Below are positions 8,439 through 19,655 of a DNA stretch of 20,209 bases, piece by piece (position 1 is the stretch's first letter; every line of letters starts with the position of its first letter). Both the position numbers and the translations under genes were made by a program. The DNA is taken from the IMG/VR virus record IMGVR_UViG_2681813263_000005; one strand, written 5' to 3'. Below the pieces are notes generated by a model, which was not told where the DNA came from, made no database searches, and was given only the letters and a program-made list of their open reading frames with translations. Source of the stretch: a virus. Its lineage: Duplodnaviria; Heunggongvirae; Uroviricota; Caudoviricetes.

Positions 8439-9923
8439 TTACTGGACCTCCGTGGATGCAATAACAAGTTTCTGGATACTACCGCCGTCACAGTACCAGA
8501 GCGTACAGGACGGACTGCTACGGGTTGCCCGCAAAGAGGGAAGCATATCGCCGATATACAGGTAATAGCCGGTGGCAAACAACGTTGAAGAAACATCTGC
8601 CCCCACAACATTGTTAATCTGTTTCTTCTGCGCCTCCGTCAGTGTCACCCCTTCACGGATCCCTCCCCAGCGTTTGTACTGCTGGATAACGTCACTCATT
8701 GACGCTGCAACCAGCGCCCGCCCTTCATTGTTGTAGGGGATCGTCTGGTTTGACTTGAATAACGCGATCACCGCCCCCTGCAAACTGGCATTCAGCCAGA
8801 TTTGCCCGCAGAAACTGTCCAGCCATTTAAAATCACCGGTAATAGTGCCATCCGCCCAGTAATCTTCCACCACACTGTTTTCCGCATATTTTCCGTAGAA
8901 ATTGTAACCTGCGGCGATCAGCGCATCATAATCGCTGCCACTGGTAACATCAGCGGCCAGCCCCTCATACTCGCGGAACTTGAATGATACACGCCCCTCT
9001 GGTCGGACAAAATCAAGGCACGCTGCATACCCCAGTACCGCTGCAGCCCGGTTACCATCAGTCGCGAAAACAGGTACAACAGAGCTGTAGTTATTGACAG
9101 CAATTATCTGGTAAGCGATGTGTTCAGTACTGCCTTTTACTCTGGCGTTGCCGCTGGTTGTCCATGCCACATAAAAGTAACGCTTGCCCTGCCCGTTTGC
9201 CCATGCAGAAAACGCCAGGTGTTGCTCGTCAGTGACCTCAGATACCGTGGAAAAACCCGCCCATTGCTGGGAAGCGGCCTTAATGGCTGCCATTGTGTCA
9301 GGGACATCAGATACAGGCGCGCCCCGGGATATCACCGCACCGGTGTTACTGGTCATCTTCAGGAGTTCTGCTGCCGATCCACTGCCGAACGTTATCGTGG
9401 TACTCCCGGGTTTCGCCCCGGCGACAGTAATGACAAAAGCATTCTGTGTGGTATCGAATACCACTGTAGCCACTGCTGCGGTCAGCGCTGTCTGTAGTGC
9501 CGTTGCAGCAGCGGCGAAGCTGGCGACACCGTTAAAATTCACTTCAATGCTGACGCTTTTCCCGTTAATACTCAGCATCAGCGTGCCGGAAAGTTTTTGT
9601 AGCTGTTCAACAGTCGCGCCCTTAAACGAACCGCTACGTAACCAGGCCGCCGATGGGGCAGGACTGAAACGGGAAAACAACAATTGCCCCGGCGTCCTGG
9701 TGGCATTTTTGAAGCCCTGGAAATAAAGCTGAGCGCGTGCGTACTCATCGGATAATGCACCAAAATACGCGGCCACATCATCCGGAGAGGAAAACGGAAC
9801 CACAGTGCCGACCGGAAGTAACGGATTACTGGTCAACAGCAGGCCGTTAAGATCGACGGCATTACCCGCCACAGCCAGCACACCGGGATTTATCTGTACA
9901 TCTTTACTGAGTGGAATTGGCAT
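8439..9923 (-). CDS. Tail sheath protein (DUF3383-like)
   Basis: 494-aa ORF; size and position ahead of the tube, chaperone and tape measure genes. Sequence resembles sheath proteins of the DUF3383 type (recollection). Confidence 0.7.
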   Translation of the reverse strand: MPIPLSKDVQINPGVLAVAGNAVDLNGLLLTSNPLLPVGTVVPFSSPDDVAAYFGALSDEYARAQLYFQGFKNATRTPGQLLFSRFSPAPSAAWLRSGSFKGATVEQLQKLSGTLMLSINGKSVSIEVNFNGVASFAAAATALQTALTAAVATVVFDTTQNAFVITVAGAKPGSTTITFGSGSAAELLKMTSNTGAVISRGAPVSDVPDTMAAIKAASQQWAGFSTVSEVTDEQHLAFSAWANGQGKRYFYVAWTTSGNARVKGSTEHIAYQIIAVNNYSSVVPVFATDGNRAAAVLGYAACLDFVRPEGRVSFKFREYEGLAADVTSGSDYDALIAAGYNFYGKYAENSVVEDYWADGTITGDFKWLDSFCGQIWLNASLQGAVIALFKSNQTIPYNNEGRALVAASMSDVIQQYKRWGGIREGVTLTEAQKKQINNVVGADVSSTLFATGYYLYIGDMLPSLRATRSSPSCTLWYCDGGSIQKLVIASTEVQ

Positions 9924-10449
9924 TATCAGCCTCCGTTGTCCGGGTGATCACGTTGTCAAAAAACATCAGGGAAGTTGTGACCACAGGGTTAATCTGCATC
10001 TGAATATCAAGCGTCCAGCGCGGTTCATACTGTTGCTGACCGTTGGGGAATGTGGTGTTAAAGGGCTCTGAGCAATACAGCGGGGAAATCAGCCCACCGC
10101 CCTGCCGGAAAAGCCGTACGGAAAATTCAGACCGGAAAAGCGTTGCCAGCACCTGCGCGTTATCTGCCGCGTGAGGGCCGTAGAAATCAAGCTGGCAACG
10201 CCATTTTGTGGTACGGGTGATATGCTGAGAGCCCTCACCAGCCTGCGCTGGCGCAGAATATGCCACTACCGCAGTGGATAATCCGGTAACATCAATGCCC
10301 GTCATGGTGATGAAATTCCCCTGAGGCATCGGGACCTGGTTCTGCTGCGTTCGTTCAATCCCGGCATCAGAAAAAAGCCCCCGGAGATAATCACCGAGGG
10401 CCTGATAAAGAGCGCTTTCCGTAACGGAGAGGGTCACACCTGAAGGCAT
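9904..10449 (-). CDS. Hypothetical neck/tail-terminator-like structural protein
   Basis: 181-aa ORF immediately upstream of the sheath gene. Assigned by synteny only. Confidence 0.3.
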   Translation of the reverse strand: MPSGVTLSVTESALYQALGDYLRGLFSDAGIERTQQNQVPMPQGNFITMTGIDVTGLSTAVVAYSAPAQAGEGSQHITRTTKWRCQLDFYGPHAADNAQVLATLFRSEFSVRLFRQGGGLISPLYCSEPFNTTFPNGQQQYEPRWTLDIQMQINPVVTTSLMFFDNVITRTTEADNANSTQ

Positions 10450-10799
10450 ACAATAACCCTCGTCCAGTCAGGCCAGATTTCCGGTACCTCAATCACCAGC
10501 CACGTTTCATCGCCAATAACAAATTTATCGCCTCCCTGTTGCCGGGCACGGTTAAGCCCGCACCAGTTACCATCGGTATACAATGTGGCGAAAACTCCCT
10601 GCTGGTTAAGATTATCAAGATGACGTAAATCAGCCTGGGTGACAGCCTGCTTTTGCACCCTGACAGAAACCGGATCTTCATACTCAGGTACGCGGGAATA
10701 ATCTGCCTGCTGTGTACTCCCGCGGGAACGATAAACCAGCGCGTCTGTAAAGGGATTTACCCGACGTACTGCGCCGGAAACAATACCGTGAAAGTTCAT
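10434..10799 (-). CDS. Hypothetical head-tail joining protein
   Basis: 121-aa ORF; ATGA overlap with the upstream gene. Lies within the capsid-to-sheath neck gene block. Confidence 0.3.
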   Translation of the reverse strand: MNFHGIVSGAVRRVNPFTDALVYRSRGSTQQADYSRVPEYEDPVSVRVQKQAVTQADLRHLDNLNQQGVFATLYTDGNWCGLNRARQQGGDKFVIGDETWLVIEVPEIWPDWTRVIVCLQV

Positions 10800-11380
10800 T
10801 TTTTGCCCCCGTCTACAGAATAATCAACGCTGTCCATCATATGTCCGGTTTCAATAAGCGGGTTGTTAAAACCCTTTTGCCGGGCAGTGGATGCAGCGTT
10901 GGGCGGACTTTCCCAGTCGCGAACAGACATCTGCAACTGCCCTTTGATATGTTCTCCCATACACACCAGAGCGGTCGCAGTATCAAAATCATTCGCCCGT
11001 AATAAGGTCGCCATTTTTTCGCCCCATTCGGGACTTTTATGTTCGATCATCTTACGGAAGAACGGACGGGGGGGAATGGTGACCGTGTGCTCAGGAATAA
11101 CCACATCCTGAACAAAATTCCCTTTACCGGCTTTGACAAAGCGGTGCCCGGTTTCTCCCGTTTTTTCGTTATAGCGAAAGTGGAGCGTCTGCTCACGGGC
11201 GGGTATGACCGCTCTTCCACCAAACTCCTGAACTGCGGCAATATAAGCCACTGACGTACCGTCAGGGTAAGTTGCTCCCTCAAGAAAACCCACTTTGAGT
11301 TTTTTACCCAATGAAAGGTTCGCGGCAACCTGTTTCAGCTTCTGCCGGAACTGTTTGCCACCTGTGACTTTATTTACCAT
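10796..11380 (-). CDS. Hypothetical neck / tail-completion-like protein
   Basis: 194-aa ORF in the neck gene block, overlapping its neighbours. No decisive motif. Confidence 0.3.
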   Translation of the reverse strand: MVNKVTGGKQFRQKLKQVAANLSLGKKLKVGFLEGATYPDGTSVAYIAAVQEFGGRAVIPAREQTLHFRYNEKTGETGHRFVKAGKGNFVQDVVIPEHTVTIPPRPFFRKMIEHKSPEWGEKMATLLRANDFDTATALVCMGEHIKGQLQMSVRDWESPPNAASTARQKGFNNPLIETGHMMDSVDYSVDGGKK

Positions 11381-11829
11381 CGACGCCCCCTCCCGTATCC
11401 CCGGTAATAATGCCCCGGATATCGCGAAGGTGACCCCCCGGAATGATACTGCATTGAGCGGTATGGCGCTGTCGCCTGCCAGTAGTCAGCACCCCAGGGG
11501 GTCTGGAGATACCACCACGACGCATCATTACTGCCGCTATTATCCACCGATACCGATACAGAACCTTCCGACGCACTGGTGATACGCCCCACCAGACCAG
11601 CCTGCCCGTCTCTCCCGTTTCCCAGCCCCCGCAATGCGCACAGATGCGCAACCAGCAGGAACAGAAGCTGTTCCCGCTCCTTCAGGTCGGTAACCGGACT
11701 GTCGTCCGTGTTATCCAGGTACAACGCGGTCGCCTGGTTAAACACCGCCGTCAGTAGCTCCGGTGTCACCGTGGAAAACTCCGGGTACAGACTGACAAAC
11801 ATCCGACAGTCAAACGTCACCGTACCCAT
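11374..11829 (-). CDS. Putative head-tail connector protein (DUF4054-like), tentative
   Basis: 151-aa ORF; second gene downstream of the major capsid gene. Recollected resemblance to the DUF4054 phage protein family. Confidence 0.35.
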   Translation of the reverse strand: MGTVTFDCRMFVSLYPEFSTVTPELLTAVFNQATALYLDNTDDSPVTDLKEREQLLFLLVAHLCALRGLGNGRDGQAGLVGRITSASEGSVSVSVDNSGSNDASWWYLQTPWGADYWQATAPYRSMQYHSGGSPSRYPGHYYRGYGRGRRW

Positions 11830-11834
11830 AGCGT

Positions 11835-12182
11835 TTACTCCTGAGGTTTACCCATCACTTCATCATTGCGGTTAACGCCCGGAGCCGGATTTTTCTGCGG
11901 CAGCGGTTCAAGGCCGGATTTAACGGCTTTCTGCTCCGTAGCCTGCGAGACTGCACTGTTCGCCTTATCCTGCGCAAAAATAACGCCATTTTTCACATAA
12001 GGTTGCTGTCCGTGCTCCGCCAGCCAGGCGTCAAAAAACACCTTATCGACCTGCGTCAGACCATAGCCCCCCACAATTTTAACCGCGTTATTCCGCCAGC
12101 CTGCCACCTGAACCCGTTTCTGACCCACTTCCAGCACCAGACCGTTCGGCAGTTTGCAGCCCACTGTTACCATTTCAGCCAT
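11835..12182 (-). CDS. Hypothetical protein
   Basis: 115-aa ORF; ATG 3 nt after the capsid gene stop, with a G-rich SD-like sequence about 8 nt upstream. Pro-rich C-terminal tail. No family recognised. Confidence 0.35.
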   Translation of the reverse strand: MAEMVTVGCKLPNGLVLEVGQKRVQVAGWRNNAVKIVGGYGLTQVDKVFFDAWLAEHGQQPYVKNGVIFAQDKANSAVSQATEQKAVKSGLEPLPQKNPAPGVNRNDEVMGKPQE

Positions 12183-12185
12183 AAC

Positions 12186-13214
12186 TCACACCCCCAGCAT
12201 TTGTGCATACGCCAGCGGCTGGCGAATAATCGCCCCCCAGGTACCAGCGGATTTTTTCTGTTTCCAGGAAGACGTATCTGCCACTACCGCATGGGCGCGC
12301 ATTTTTTCAGTGAAAGCGCAATAGCCTGTATCCTGTTCACCCAGACGCTCCGCGATAAGCTGTACCAGCTCGCCAGCGTCAGAGGTGTATTCCACCGCCG
12401 TTTCAATGGTCATCGCCGGGAAATTTTTCGCCAGCAGATCGGACACGTTAACCCTGTACTGGTTTGTTTTGGTGAGGTTCACCTCTGCCAGCGGCGACAT
12501 GCACAGTTTCATTTTGTCGGTACGCTCAATATGACCGTTAGTCTGTTTCACCAGTTGCTTAAAAAGTTTCACGATATCGTCATACACGCCCTGTCCGTCC
12601 TTGTCGTCCCACTTCAGTTTACCGTCAACGGTATCCGGGGTGATTGGTGCAGATAACGACGGATCATTCAGCAAACCGTAGTTCGTCAGTCCGGCAATAC
12701 CGTAGAAATAGGACTTATTCTGGAACTTATTCAGCGTCAGTGCTGACGCCACGTTCAGCTCTGCCGCCCAGCCAATACGGGCTGCGCCGTACATCTCCAG
12801 CTCACGTTCGCCCCATACGGTGAAGGTCTGGAAGTGATAGCTCTGGCGCGGTACCCAGTTGACGTTTGCGCTTACCACCCCGTTGTTGCTGTAATCCCCG
12901 TAGGAACTCACCTCCCCGTCAGATTCTGCAATCGGGAATTGTGCCGACAGTGTCGTCCAGTCACCTTTTTTGGTTTCGCCCAGAATCTGAGCGGCTTTCA
13001 TCGGCGTCACCAGCACGCGGATCAGTTCTGGCTCAACGTAATTGGTGAAATACGCAGGGATACCGCTGTTAGCCGCTGTGACCAGCGCAGGCTGCGCGTC
13101 CATCGCCAGTCCGTAATCGGCGGCGTACTCCTTCGGCAAATAAGCCTGTGCTCCGGGAAGAATAATCCCGTAGTCGCGACTTGCCGTCGCATAATGCTGT
13201 TTAAATTTATTCAT
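12186..13214 (-). CDS. Major capsid protein
   Basis: 342-aa ORF directly after the scaffold gene and the small head protein gene, the typical size and slot for an HK97-fold major capsid protein. Start codon shares one nucleotide with the upstream stop (TAATG). Confidence 0.6.
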   Translation of the reverse strand: MNKFKQHYATASRDYGIILPGAQAYLPKEYAADYGLAMDAQPALVTAANSGIPAYFTNYVEPELIRVLVTPMKAAQILGETKKGDWTTLSAQFPIAESDGEVSSYGDYSNNGVVSANVNWVPRQSYHFQTFTVWGERELEMYGAARIGWAAELNVASALTLNKFQNKSYFYGIAGLTNYGLLNDPSLSAPITPDTVDGKLKWDDKDGQGVYDDIVKLFKQLVKQTNGHIERTDKMKLCMSPLAEVNLTKTNQYRVNVSDLLAKNFPAMTIETAVEYTSDAGELVQLIAERLGEQDTGYCAFTEKMRAHAVVADTSSWKQKKSAGTWGAIIRQPLAYAQMLGV

Positions 13215-13696
13215 TATTTGCTCCAGGTACTGATCTTAATGACTTCTTTTGCCGCCGCAGCGCTGGCAACGGAAAACCAGGTTTCGACAAACCCCGCCAT
13301 CGAGGTGCCAGCCGCCCCCGTGGCTATCTCCCCGGTGGCCAGTGAGGCAAATACTTTCTGCCCGATCGTCGCAGTAGTGGTGGTCAGCGCCCAGAAATCC
13401 CCCGACACCATCAGGGTGCATTCACGCCCCGGATAAATGGTGTTCGAGTTCCCGGCCAGCCATTCCACAATGGAAGCCTGCCCGTCACGAGGAACAAAAC
13501 CCGCCGGTGCGCCGGCCCCCTTATTAGCGGCAACACCTTTGGTTACCCAGGCAAACCGGGCAATTACCAGCCCGTCAGGGCCGGTAATCAGCCCGCCATC
13601 TCCCGCCACATACGAGGCATGAGGGTTAGCACTGGCAAACGCCCCCGGAATACCCGGTGCCGGGTACTGGTTCATGTGTGTCTGAAAAGTATTCAT
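13214..13696 (-). CDS. Small head protein (putative decoration/cement protein)
   Basis: 160-aa Gly/Ala-rich ORF between the scaffold and major capsid genes. Assignment by position. Confidence 0.4.
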   Translation of the reverse strand: MNTFQTHMNQYPAPGIPGAFASANPHASYVAGDGGLITGPDGLVIARFAWVTKGVAANKGAGAPAGFVPRDGQASIVEWLAGNSNTIYPGRECTLMVSGDFWALTTTTATIGQKVFASLATGEIATGAAGTSMAGFVETWFSVASAAAAKEVIKISTWSK

Positions 13697-13697
13697 A

Positions 13698-15047
13698 TCA
13701 GTAACCTCGTTTCAGTTTTGCACCGGGGAAATCTGCCGCAAACGTCGATGCGCTGGCCTGATCCATCGCCACACGGGGAGAGGATTTGGCCGTCTGCTTC
13801 TGCTCAACGGCAAACTTCACCATGCTGCGGTACGCACCGGGGTGAATACCCTGGATATCGATCCCCGTCTGTTCCAGCGCGGTACGGTAAACATCTTCGG
13901 CGCAGTCCATCGCCACCACATCGCCAATCAGCGGTCGCACTTCAGCTTCAGCCACACGGACGGCGCGGAAATTTTCAGCAGCCCGTTTCGTTGCCTGGTC
14001 AGTTGCCAGCCTGATTGCTGCATCCATCGCAGGTTTATCGACTTTCACATCGTCGGGTTTCACATCAGCCTCTTTTGTTTCGGGGGCTTCGTCGGTTGTC
14101 GGAGACAGTGCGGATTTAATTTTTTCCAGCACATCATCAGGAACTTTGCCGGACAGCAACGCCAGTACACTTTCCATCGGGCTGTCGGTATCAAATGCCT
14201 TCGACTCGTCAGTTAACCCGGTATCATCATCCCCGACCAGCTCCGGTACGGCTTCTGCTGATTCCATCAGTTGCGCCAGCTCCGCCGGTTCAATATCCAT
14301 ATCCTGTGCCAGCCGTTCGCTGTAAGCAGTTTTTACCGCGCTGGCGATAGCTGCCGGACGCTTATACTGCGCCATCAGGCGTAACAAATCCCCGGGAGCC
14401 GCATCCTGCGCCAGACGCGGCGCAAGATAGGTTCCCAGCGCGGTAAGCACCGCCACTTCTTTTTTACTCAGTTTCATGCGTTTTAGCTCCTGAGGGAGAG
14501 AGTCCATAACAAGACAGTCCGACCCTACCCGGCCATCGCCGACCAGGGCCACATGATTTCCCACGATATTCCGCATAACGCCGTCATACGGCTCACCGTC
14601 GGGGGTGGTTCCCGGCGTCATATCTGCCACATAGGCATATGACGATGAGATTTCCCGTTGTTCATCCGTTTCTATCCCCGCGATGGCGGAGTTGTCCCAG
14701 ATGGACATGCCGTTAACCAGATAGGTACCGTCAAACTCGCTGTTGGCATGAGTCGTCCCCACCCGGTACTCGCGCGCGGGCGCGCCCGGATAATCGGGTT
14801 TGTGTCGGCACAGGACGGGAATATTGTTGAAGGTTGAAACTGCCTTGCGCAGTTCATCGGGGTCACGGTAAAGCTGATAAAGTTTTTTGGGGTCGAGTCC
14901 CAGCGCTTCCGCCCCCGGTATTTCATACCCGAAATAACCGCAGACGTTCGCCTTGCTGAGATTACTGCGCTCAATCTGGAGGCGACCGACTTTATCGAAC
15001 TGCCTTACCGATGCCCGGTCAAACGCCAGCATTTCGGTAATAATCAT
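13698..15047 (-). CDS. Head scaffolding / prohead protease-like protein (DUF2213-like)
   Basis: Track ORF is 13698..15119, but I prefer the internal ATG at 15047 (MIITEML...), which forms an ATGA overlap with the stop of the upstream head morphogenesis gene. Acidic, Ala/Glu-rich C-terminal half typical of scaffolds. Lies between the MuF-like and capsid genes. Confidence 0.5.
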   Translation of the reverse strand: MIITEMLAFDRASVRQFDKVGRLQIERSNLSKANVCGYFGYEIPGAEALGLDPKKLYQLYRDPDELRKAVSTFNNIPVLCRHKPDYPGAPAREYRVGTTHANSEFDGTYLVNGMSIWDNSAIAGIETDEQREISSSYAYVADMTPGTTPDGEPYDGVMRNIVGNHVALVGDGRVGSDCLVMDSLPQELKRMKLSKKEVAVLTALGTYLAPRLAQDAAPGDLLRLMAQYKRPAAIASAVKTAYSERLAQDMDIEPAELAQLMESAEAVPELVGDDDTGLTDESKAFDTDSPMESVLALLSGKVPDDVLEKIKSALSPTTDEAPETKEADVKPDDVKVDKPAMDAAIRLATDQATKRAAENFRAVRVAEAEVRPLIGDVVAMDCAEDVYRTALEQTGIDIQGIHPGAYRSMVKFAVEQKQTAKSSPRVAMDQASASTFAADFPGAKLKRGY

Positions 15048-15865
15048 TTTTTCTCCAGTCCGGGAATAACGGCCTCCCAGCCACACCGGCAGTTGATTTC
15101 TTCGCCCGGCAGTACCCACTTACCATCCAGAAACATCCCCTTTCGCAGGTCAAACCGTTTACCGTTCGCCTTCACATGCGACGGACGCCATGTTTTACCC
15201 GCGCGGGAATGCCGCCAGACACCTTCAGTGATACCCACCGAACGCTGTCTGGCGGCCTGCATTACCGACGTTGCCTTATTGTTCTGGTCGCGGGCAATCA
15301 GCGCCGCGCGCCGTCGTGTGATGCCGTAACGTTTTTCCAGTTCATCGGTCAGCGTTTTCAGGTCACGTCCCCGGCCAACAGACTGCATGACCAGTGTTTC
15401 CACCTGGGTGAGATGTTGCTGCGGGATGGAGCGAATGAGGTTCACATTCTCCGTGATGCTGGCCTGAAGTGCGGTATTCATCTCCGTTGTCATACGGAAA
15501 GGAACCGTAAACCCGGCATCACGGAGCGCAGTGTACAGTGACGCATCGCTGTTTTTCAGGACATCACCGGCAAACCGCCTCGCCAGCCGCAGGGCCATTT
15601 CGTCAAAATTTTTCTGCCAGCGCCTGGCAAGTTGCTGCATGGCACCACGCATCAGGTTAACGGGGGACGCATCCTGCGCGAGGTCTGTTTTACGGTACTC
15701 AGCCCGCAGCCAGTAAAGTACACTGTTGTGCATCCCACTGACGGCATTATCCAGTTGTCTGCGGTACCAGGCCTCAATCCCCGCGTTGGGTGAAATCCGC
15801 CTCAGGGTCTGCATTCGGGCCTTGCGGCGGATTTTCTTCGGTGTTGTCAATTTCAGTGTCGTCAA
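15044..15865 (-). CDS. Head morphogenesis protein (Mu F-like / SPP1 gp7 family)
   Basis: 273-aa ORF directly after the portal gene. Basic N-terminus; sequence recollected as similar to MuF-type minor head proteins. Start uncertain: 15865 gives a 92-nt overlap with the portal gene, and an internal Met (15814) is an alternative. Confidence 0.65.
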   Translation of the reverse strand: MTTLKLTTPKKIRRKARMQTLRRISPNAGIEAWYRRQLDNAVSGMHNSVLYWLRAEYRKTDLAQDASPVNLMRGAMQQLARRWQKNFDEMALRLARRFAGDVLKNSDASLYTALRDAGFTVPFRMTTEMNTALQASITENVNLIRSIPQQHLTQVETLVMQSVGRGRDLKTLTDELEKRYGITRRRAALIARDQNNKATSVMQAARQRSVGITEGVWRHSRAGKTWRPSHVKANGKRFDLRKGMFLDGKWVLPGEEINCRCGWEAVIPGLEKK

Positions 15866-17324
15866 TTTCGATGTCCCCGCTCAGGTCAATACCGCTGTAC
15901 GGGCTGTCCTGCGCAGTCGCCAGCCGTTCGCGTACTTCGTTATTGGTCACTGCTCCGGTGCTCTCATAAATCTGATCCGTTTCCGCCTCAGTTTTACGGA
16001 TATTCGCCAGTTGCTCGCGCGTCAGCTCATGCAGGGGTTCAAATTCAAACGTGATATCAGGATCGATATCGCCGAACTCAGACAACTGGATAATATCCAG
16101 CACCTTTTTCAGCGGTTTCTTCAGAAGACGGGTGGCAAGTGCAGCAATGGTGTCGTAAAACACCCGGATTTCACCCTCACTCGACGCATTCAGTCCCGTT
16201 GGGCTCAGCCCGGCGAATTTTACGGACGGTATGGCACTGACAAAGAACATGTGTTCCTGTGCCTGCGCCTGAAGGGTGTCGAGGCCGCTCAGGGGAGTGT
16301 TGAACTGGAAAAACTCTTCGTTCGTCTTGTCCAGCATCAGCAGCCCGCGGTTATCACGGGTACGGTTAAACAACTCCGCGCGTTTTGCGTAATTCGGGTC
16401 CCTTTTACCACTTAATACCTGTGTCATATCCGTCTTAATCCCGCTCAGCGAAAACGAATGCAGCATATCGCCCACGCTGTCGCGTGTTCGCAGCCAGTTA
16501 TCAACATAAGGCTCAGCAATCTGAACCAGTGACAGGCCGCCAAAGTTGTAGGCCGGCTTCAGCATGTCCGGAACCGGACGGGAGATCAGATCAATCATGC
16601 GGCTGGCGTGAACCGTTTTTCCCATTACGTACCATTCGGACGGACGGTAAAAATCATCACTCAGCGGATTATCCGCGTTATATATACCCGGATACGTCCA
16701 GACGGGGTCAATAACACGAAGCCCCAGCAGGGAACCTTTCGGGATTTTTTTGTCGGAAATAAACAGTCCGGATCCCAGCTCCGCCGGGTCAGTCCAGGCA
16801 GATATACCCGATGGCGAACGCACATCAATATAAATCTGCCCTCGCCCGAAAAAGCCGTCGTGCTCAATCGCCAGTCTGAAAACGTCCTGTACGTTATAGT
16901 GCTCCAGTGCGTCAGTAAGCTGCGCTATGCGTGACGCGTGGCTGTCGTCCCCTTCTCCGACCGCCTTAACCTTTATCCACTTACGGGTCATCTCCTCGGC
17001 AAGCACACTGACCATACGCCGGTACTCCGGTAACTGCGCCTGAAGTGCCAGATACGGATAGCCCGGGAAACCACCATAAACAAAATCAGGATAATGACTG
17101 TTCAGGGTGTCATACGGTGTTGCATCCATTGCCAGCACAGCGTCGCGAACCGGTGCCGGGATAACGCCCGGTGGTGGCTCATAGCGAACAAACTCCCTCC
17201 GTGGTTTCTGCCGGACGGAAGCGATCACCTCATCGTTAATTTCCGGTGGCTGTGGTTCAGGTTGTTTGTCCGGTACCGCCGGCGCTGACGGTTCTTTTCG
17301 TTTAAACGGCCACATCAGATCCAC
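15774..17324 (-). CDS. Portal protein
   Basis: 516-aa ORF immediately downstream of the large terminase gene and upstream of the MuF-like gene. Acidic C-terminus. Start may be Met1 (17324) or Met4 (17315). Confidence 0.7.
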   Translation of the reverse strand: MDLMWPFKRKEPSAPAVPDKQPEPQPPEINDEVIASVRQKPRREFVRYEPPPGVIPAPVRDAVLAMDATPYDTLNSHYPDFVYGGFPGYPYLALQAQLPEYRRMVSVLAEEMTRKWIKVKAVGEGDDSHASRIAQLTDALEHYNVQDVFRLAIEHDGFFGRGQIYIDVRSPSGISAWTDPAELGSGLFISDKKIPKGSLLGLRVIDPVWTYPGIYNADNPLSDDFYRPSEWYVMGKTVHASRMIDLISRPVPDMLKPAYNFGGLSLVQIAEPYVDNWLRTRDSVGDMLHSFSLSGIKTDMTQVLSGKRDPNYAKRAELFNRTRDNRGLLMLDKTNEEFFQFNTPLSGLDTLQAQAQEHMFFVSAIPSVKFAGLSPTGLNASSEGEIRVFYDTIAALATRLLKKPLKKVLDIIQLSEFGDIDPDITFEFEPLHELTREQLANIRKTEAETDQIYESTGAVTNNEVRERLATAQDSPYSGIDLSGDIEIDDTEIDNTEENPPQGPNADPEADFTQRGD

Positions 17325-18934
17325 TCCATAAAGTCATCAGAAATTACGATGGGCATTTCCATCGGGGCATAAGCAATCATCACAGAATCAGCCAGGTTTG
17401 GAGATTTCGTTCCGTCAGGTTGCTTATCCACAAGAATTTTTCCGGTGGCATTTTTTGACCAGGTAGGTTGTGACAGCTCCATCAACAGCCGGTCTTTATT
17501 TTCCATTGTGCTGCTGATGGAAATAATCTCATCCGGGTCATACTCCATACCCTGTAGTGCACGAAATGTATTGCGGAATAATTTGCGAAGATGCCACCAC
17601 CCCTGGGCTTTGGCATTGACAAAAAAGTCCTTATTCAGACGAGCCGGTTTACCATTATCACCGGGAACAGCTTCATTTTCAGGATGAAACACGCTCCCGC
17701 TGCCCCGGAATGGAGTGGCGGTGATTTGACAGATGCCCTCCGCTTCACGCAGTTCGTTGATAGCGCGCGCATCACCACGAACGCCAGCACCCAATCCGTC
17801 CTCATCAAAGCGAAACTCATCGGCACCAAAGTCATCGCACAGACCAAAAACCTTAACCACAGAGTCATAGATGTCACTCCCCTTACCTGACCACTCCTGT
17901 ACGTCATTCAGCAGGATGCCATAACGGAGCGAACAGGCGTTTTTATCCCGCCCTTCGTCGGCGACATCCATTGCACCAAGCCGTTGGCCGCCGGGCTGAA
18001 TGCCCAGTCTGATATGTGCATCAACCGCAGCCTGTACCCATTCTGAGGGGATCAGGATGCCTTCTGCTGATGCCTGGTAATTAAGATCCAGTTCCTGGGC
18101 AACGATGACTGGGTTATCAATTTTCTCGCACTCCTTGTGATACCACTCATCGTCTTTACGCGGATCGCTACGCCAGTGAAACGTAAACACCGGGATTTTT
18201 CCACTGTGCCGCTTCTGTGCGAAGGGGTTGTTCATGCCGTTAACCGATGAGAGATCGATACGACATCGGGTTGTCTGGGAAAGCGCGGCATCAATAAGTA
18301 ATGGTCGCTGGAGAAAAGCAGCCTCATCCACAAAATAAAGGGTCGTACGGTCACCACGACCGATATTATCGCCAGCCTCACCTTTGATAACCGCGCCAGT
18401 TTCAGGAAACTCAACACGCATATATGGCGCGTGCTTCTTCTCGCTCCACGAACCGCGAAACTCTACAGGTAGAGTTTCCACGAACTTGCGCGCCTTCCAG
18501 AACAATGCTTTCGGGTCACCGGTGCTGTCGACGTATTCCTCTTTACGGGAGCCGAAACCGATAACCATTTCTTTGTTGAAGAGACAAAGCGAGCAGGCCA
18601 GTCCGATCGCGGTCCAACTGAGCCCCATTTCACGGGATTTTTCGGTAATACCATTCTCCCGATTGCTCCAGCGTTCCATAATCCAGTGGATCCACTCCTC
18701 CTGCTTAGGGAAGAGTAAAAACGGAATGGTCACCGGCAGGCCATAATCAATATTACGCGGGTCCGTTGTCATGCCCCAGTCGATGATGAACTGAGCCGGA
18801 TTGGTTCGGTAAAACTGCTTCAATACGGGCAATATTTCAGGGTTCTGGCGAATGCGCTGTAGGCGTTCCATCCGCCATTCAAAAACCATCTGGTAATCAG
18901 GATGTTTAAAATCGAAGGGGAATGGTAACGGCAT
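17315..18934 (-). CDS. Terminase large subunit
   Basis: 539-aa ORF; Walker B-like LYFVDEAAF in the N-terminal ATPase region and an acidic-residue-rich C-terminal nuclease-like region. ATG lies 2 nt after the small terminase stop. Confidence 0.85.
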   Translation of the reverse strand: MPLPFPFDFKHPDYQMVFEWRMERLQRIRQNPEILPVLKQFYRTNPAQFIIDWGMTTDPRNIDYGLPVTIPFLLFPKQEEWIHWIMERWSNRENGITEKSREMGLSWTAIGLACSLCLFNKEMVIGFGSRKEEYVDSTGDPKALFWKARKFVETLPVEFRGSWSEKKHAPYMRVEFPETGAVIKGEAGDNIGRGDRTTLYFVDEAAFLQRPLLIDAALSQTTRCRIDLSSVNGMNNPFAQKRHSGKIPVFTFHWRSDPRKDDEWYHKECEKIDNPVIVAQELDLNYQASAEGILIPSEWVQAAVDAHIRLGIQPGGQRLGAMDVADEGRDKNACSLRYGILLNDVQEWSGKGSDIYDSVVKVFGLCDDFGADEFRFDEDGLGAGVRGDARAINELREAEGICQITATPFRGSGSVFHPENEAVPGDNGKPARLNKDFFVNAKAQGWWHLRKLFRNTFRALQGMEYDPDEIISISSTMENKDRLLMELSQPTWSKNATGKILVDKQPDGTKSPNLADSVMIAYAPMEMPIVISDDFMEWI

Positions 18935-18936
18935 AC

Positions 18937-19491
18937 TTAGCCCATCATTTTTCTATACACCTCTGCGGCCTGCTCAGGCGTTAATTTGGTAATTTCTGTT
19001 CTGACTGGTCCTCCGTCAGCGCCAGTCACTTCATTTTTGACGTTGTCTTTAAACGCCTGAACAGAAACATGGCGCCCAAGCAACTCAAGGTTTTTAACCT
19101 TATCAGGCCATTTGATTTTCTTCAGAAGTGCGGCGCTATCTGCGGATACCATCTCCACGACATCCATTCCTGATAGCGTTGTGCGCCATACCTTAGGCCA
19201 GTCTTTAATGGGCTTTAGCTCACCGTTTTGCAGGAGAATGTCGAGCACATCCATCTGGTCGATTTCAACCAATCTACGAAGAACATAAGCGGCATCTATA
19301 CCTACCTCTTCGTTTCGCTCGGCTTTAAGCTCAGCAATGCGCTTTGCGATATTAGCTTTTATTAGGTTTTTGCATCCTTGTACGGCGGCAGAATCCTCAC
19401 TGTAACCCGCCCTGATAGCTGCTTGCGTGGCATTGAGATCTTTCAGGTACTCACGGGCAAACAGCTCTTGTTTGTCGGTGAGCTTTGCCAT
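18937..19491 (-). CDS. Terminase small subunit
   Basis: 184-aa ORF; N-terminus [32 protein letters not shown] is characteristic of the phage small terminase (Terminase_2-type) HTH region. Directly upstream of the large terminase gene. Confidence 0.75.
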   Translation of the reverse strand: MAKLTDKQELFAREYLKDLNATQAAIRAGYSEDSAAVQGCKNLIKANIAKRIAELKAERNEEVGIDAAYVLRRLVEIDQMDVLDILLQNGELKPIKDWPKVWRTTLSGMDVVEMVSADSAALLKKIKWPDKVKNLELLGRHVSVQAFKDNVKNEVTGADGGPVRTEITKLTPEQAAEVYRKMMG

Positions 19492-19518
19492 TATTTGTGC
19501 TCCGTTTATCCGTTAAAA

Positions 19519-19540
19519 GGGATATCAGTTAAGTTATCCC
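19519..19540 (-). other. Inverted repeat / hairpin in the leader upstream of the small terminase gene
   Basis: Plus strand GGGATA-tcagttaagt-TATCCC (6-bp stem, 10-nt loop). On the minus strand it is followed by TTTT and lies about 30 nt upstream of the terminase small subunit ATG. Confidence 0.2.
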
Positions 19541-19655
19541 GTGTAGGGTATAAGCCATTATCAAGCCCACCAGTAGATGGACTTTGTAATGGATAGCTGT
19601 TGCTCAGTTCTCGTAATGCTTTGATTTTTCCGATAACGCAGTTTTGCGTTTGCCA

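Noticed and set aside
9184-9726. 180-aa plus-strand ORF
   Set aside because: Antisense to the tail sheath gene; Ala/Ser/Val-rich shadow ORF.
12003-12656. 217-aa plus-strand ORF
   Set aside because: Lies entirely antisense to the major capsid gene; His/Arg/Cys/Phe-rich composition typical of antisense translation; no SD sequence or partner genes on the plus strand.
15846-15869. Short direct DNA repeat gtcaatttc ... gtcaatttc
   Set aside because: Falls inside the acidic C-terminal tail of the portal protein (..[14 protein letters not shown]..) and simply reflects repeated codons for an acidic low-complexity peptide, not a regulatory or mobile-element repeat.
15726-16415. 229-aa plus-strand ORF
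   Set aside because: Antisense to the portal gene, with low-complexity Arg/Leu-rich composition. The minus-strand reading is the one supported by synteny.
19635-19650. Inverted repeat AACGCA-gttt-TGCGTT just downstream of the KilA-N stop, considered as an intrinsic terminator
   Set aside because: On the coding (minus) strand the hairpin is followed by an A-rich rather than U-rich tract, and on the plus strand by no T-run, so it is not a canonical rho-independent terminator on either strand.
19492-19655. Sigma-70 promoter in the leader upstream of the small terminase gene
   Set aside because: Best candidates (TTGATA or GATAAT on the minus strand) lack a properly spaced partner hexamer. Phage late operons are commonly activator-dependent, so no promoter is called.
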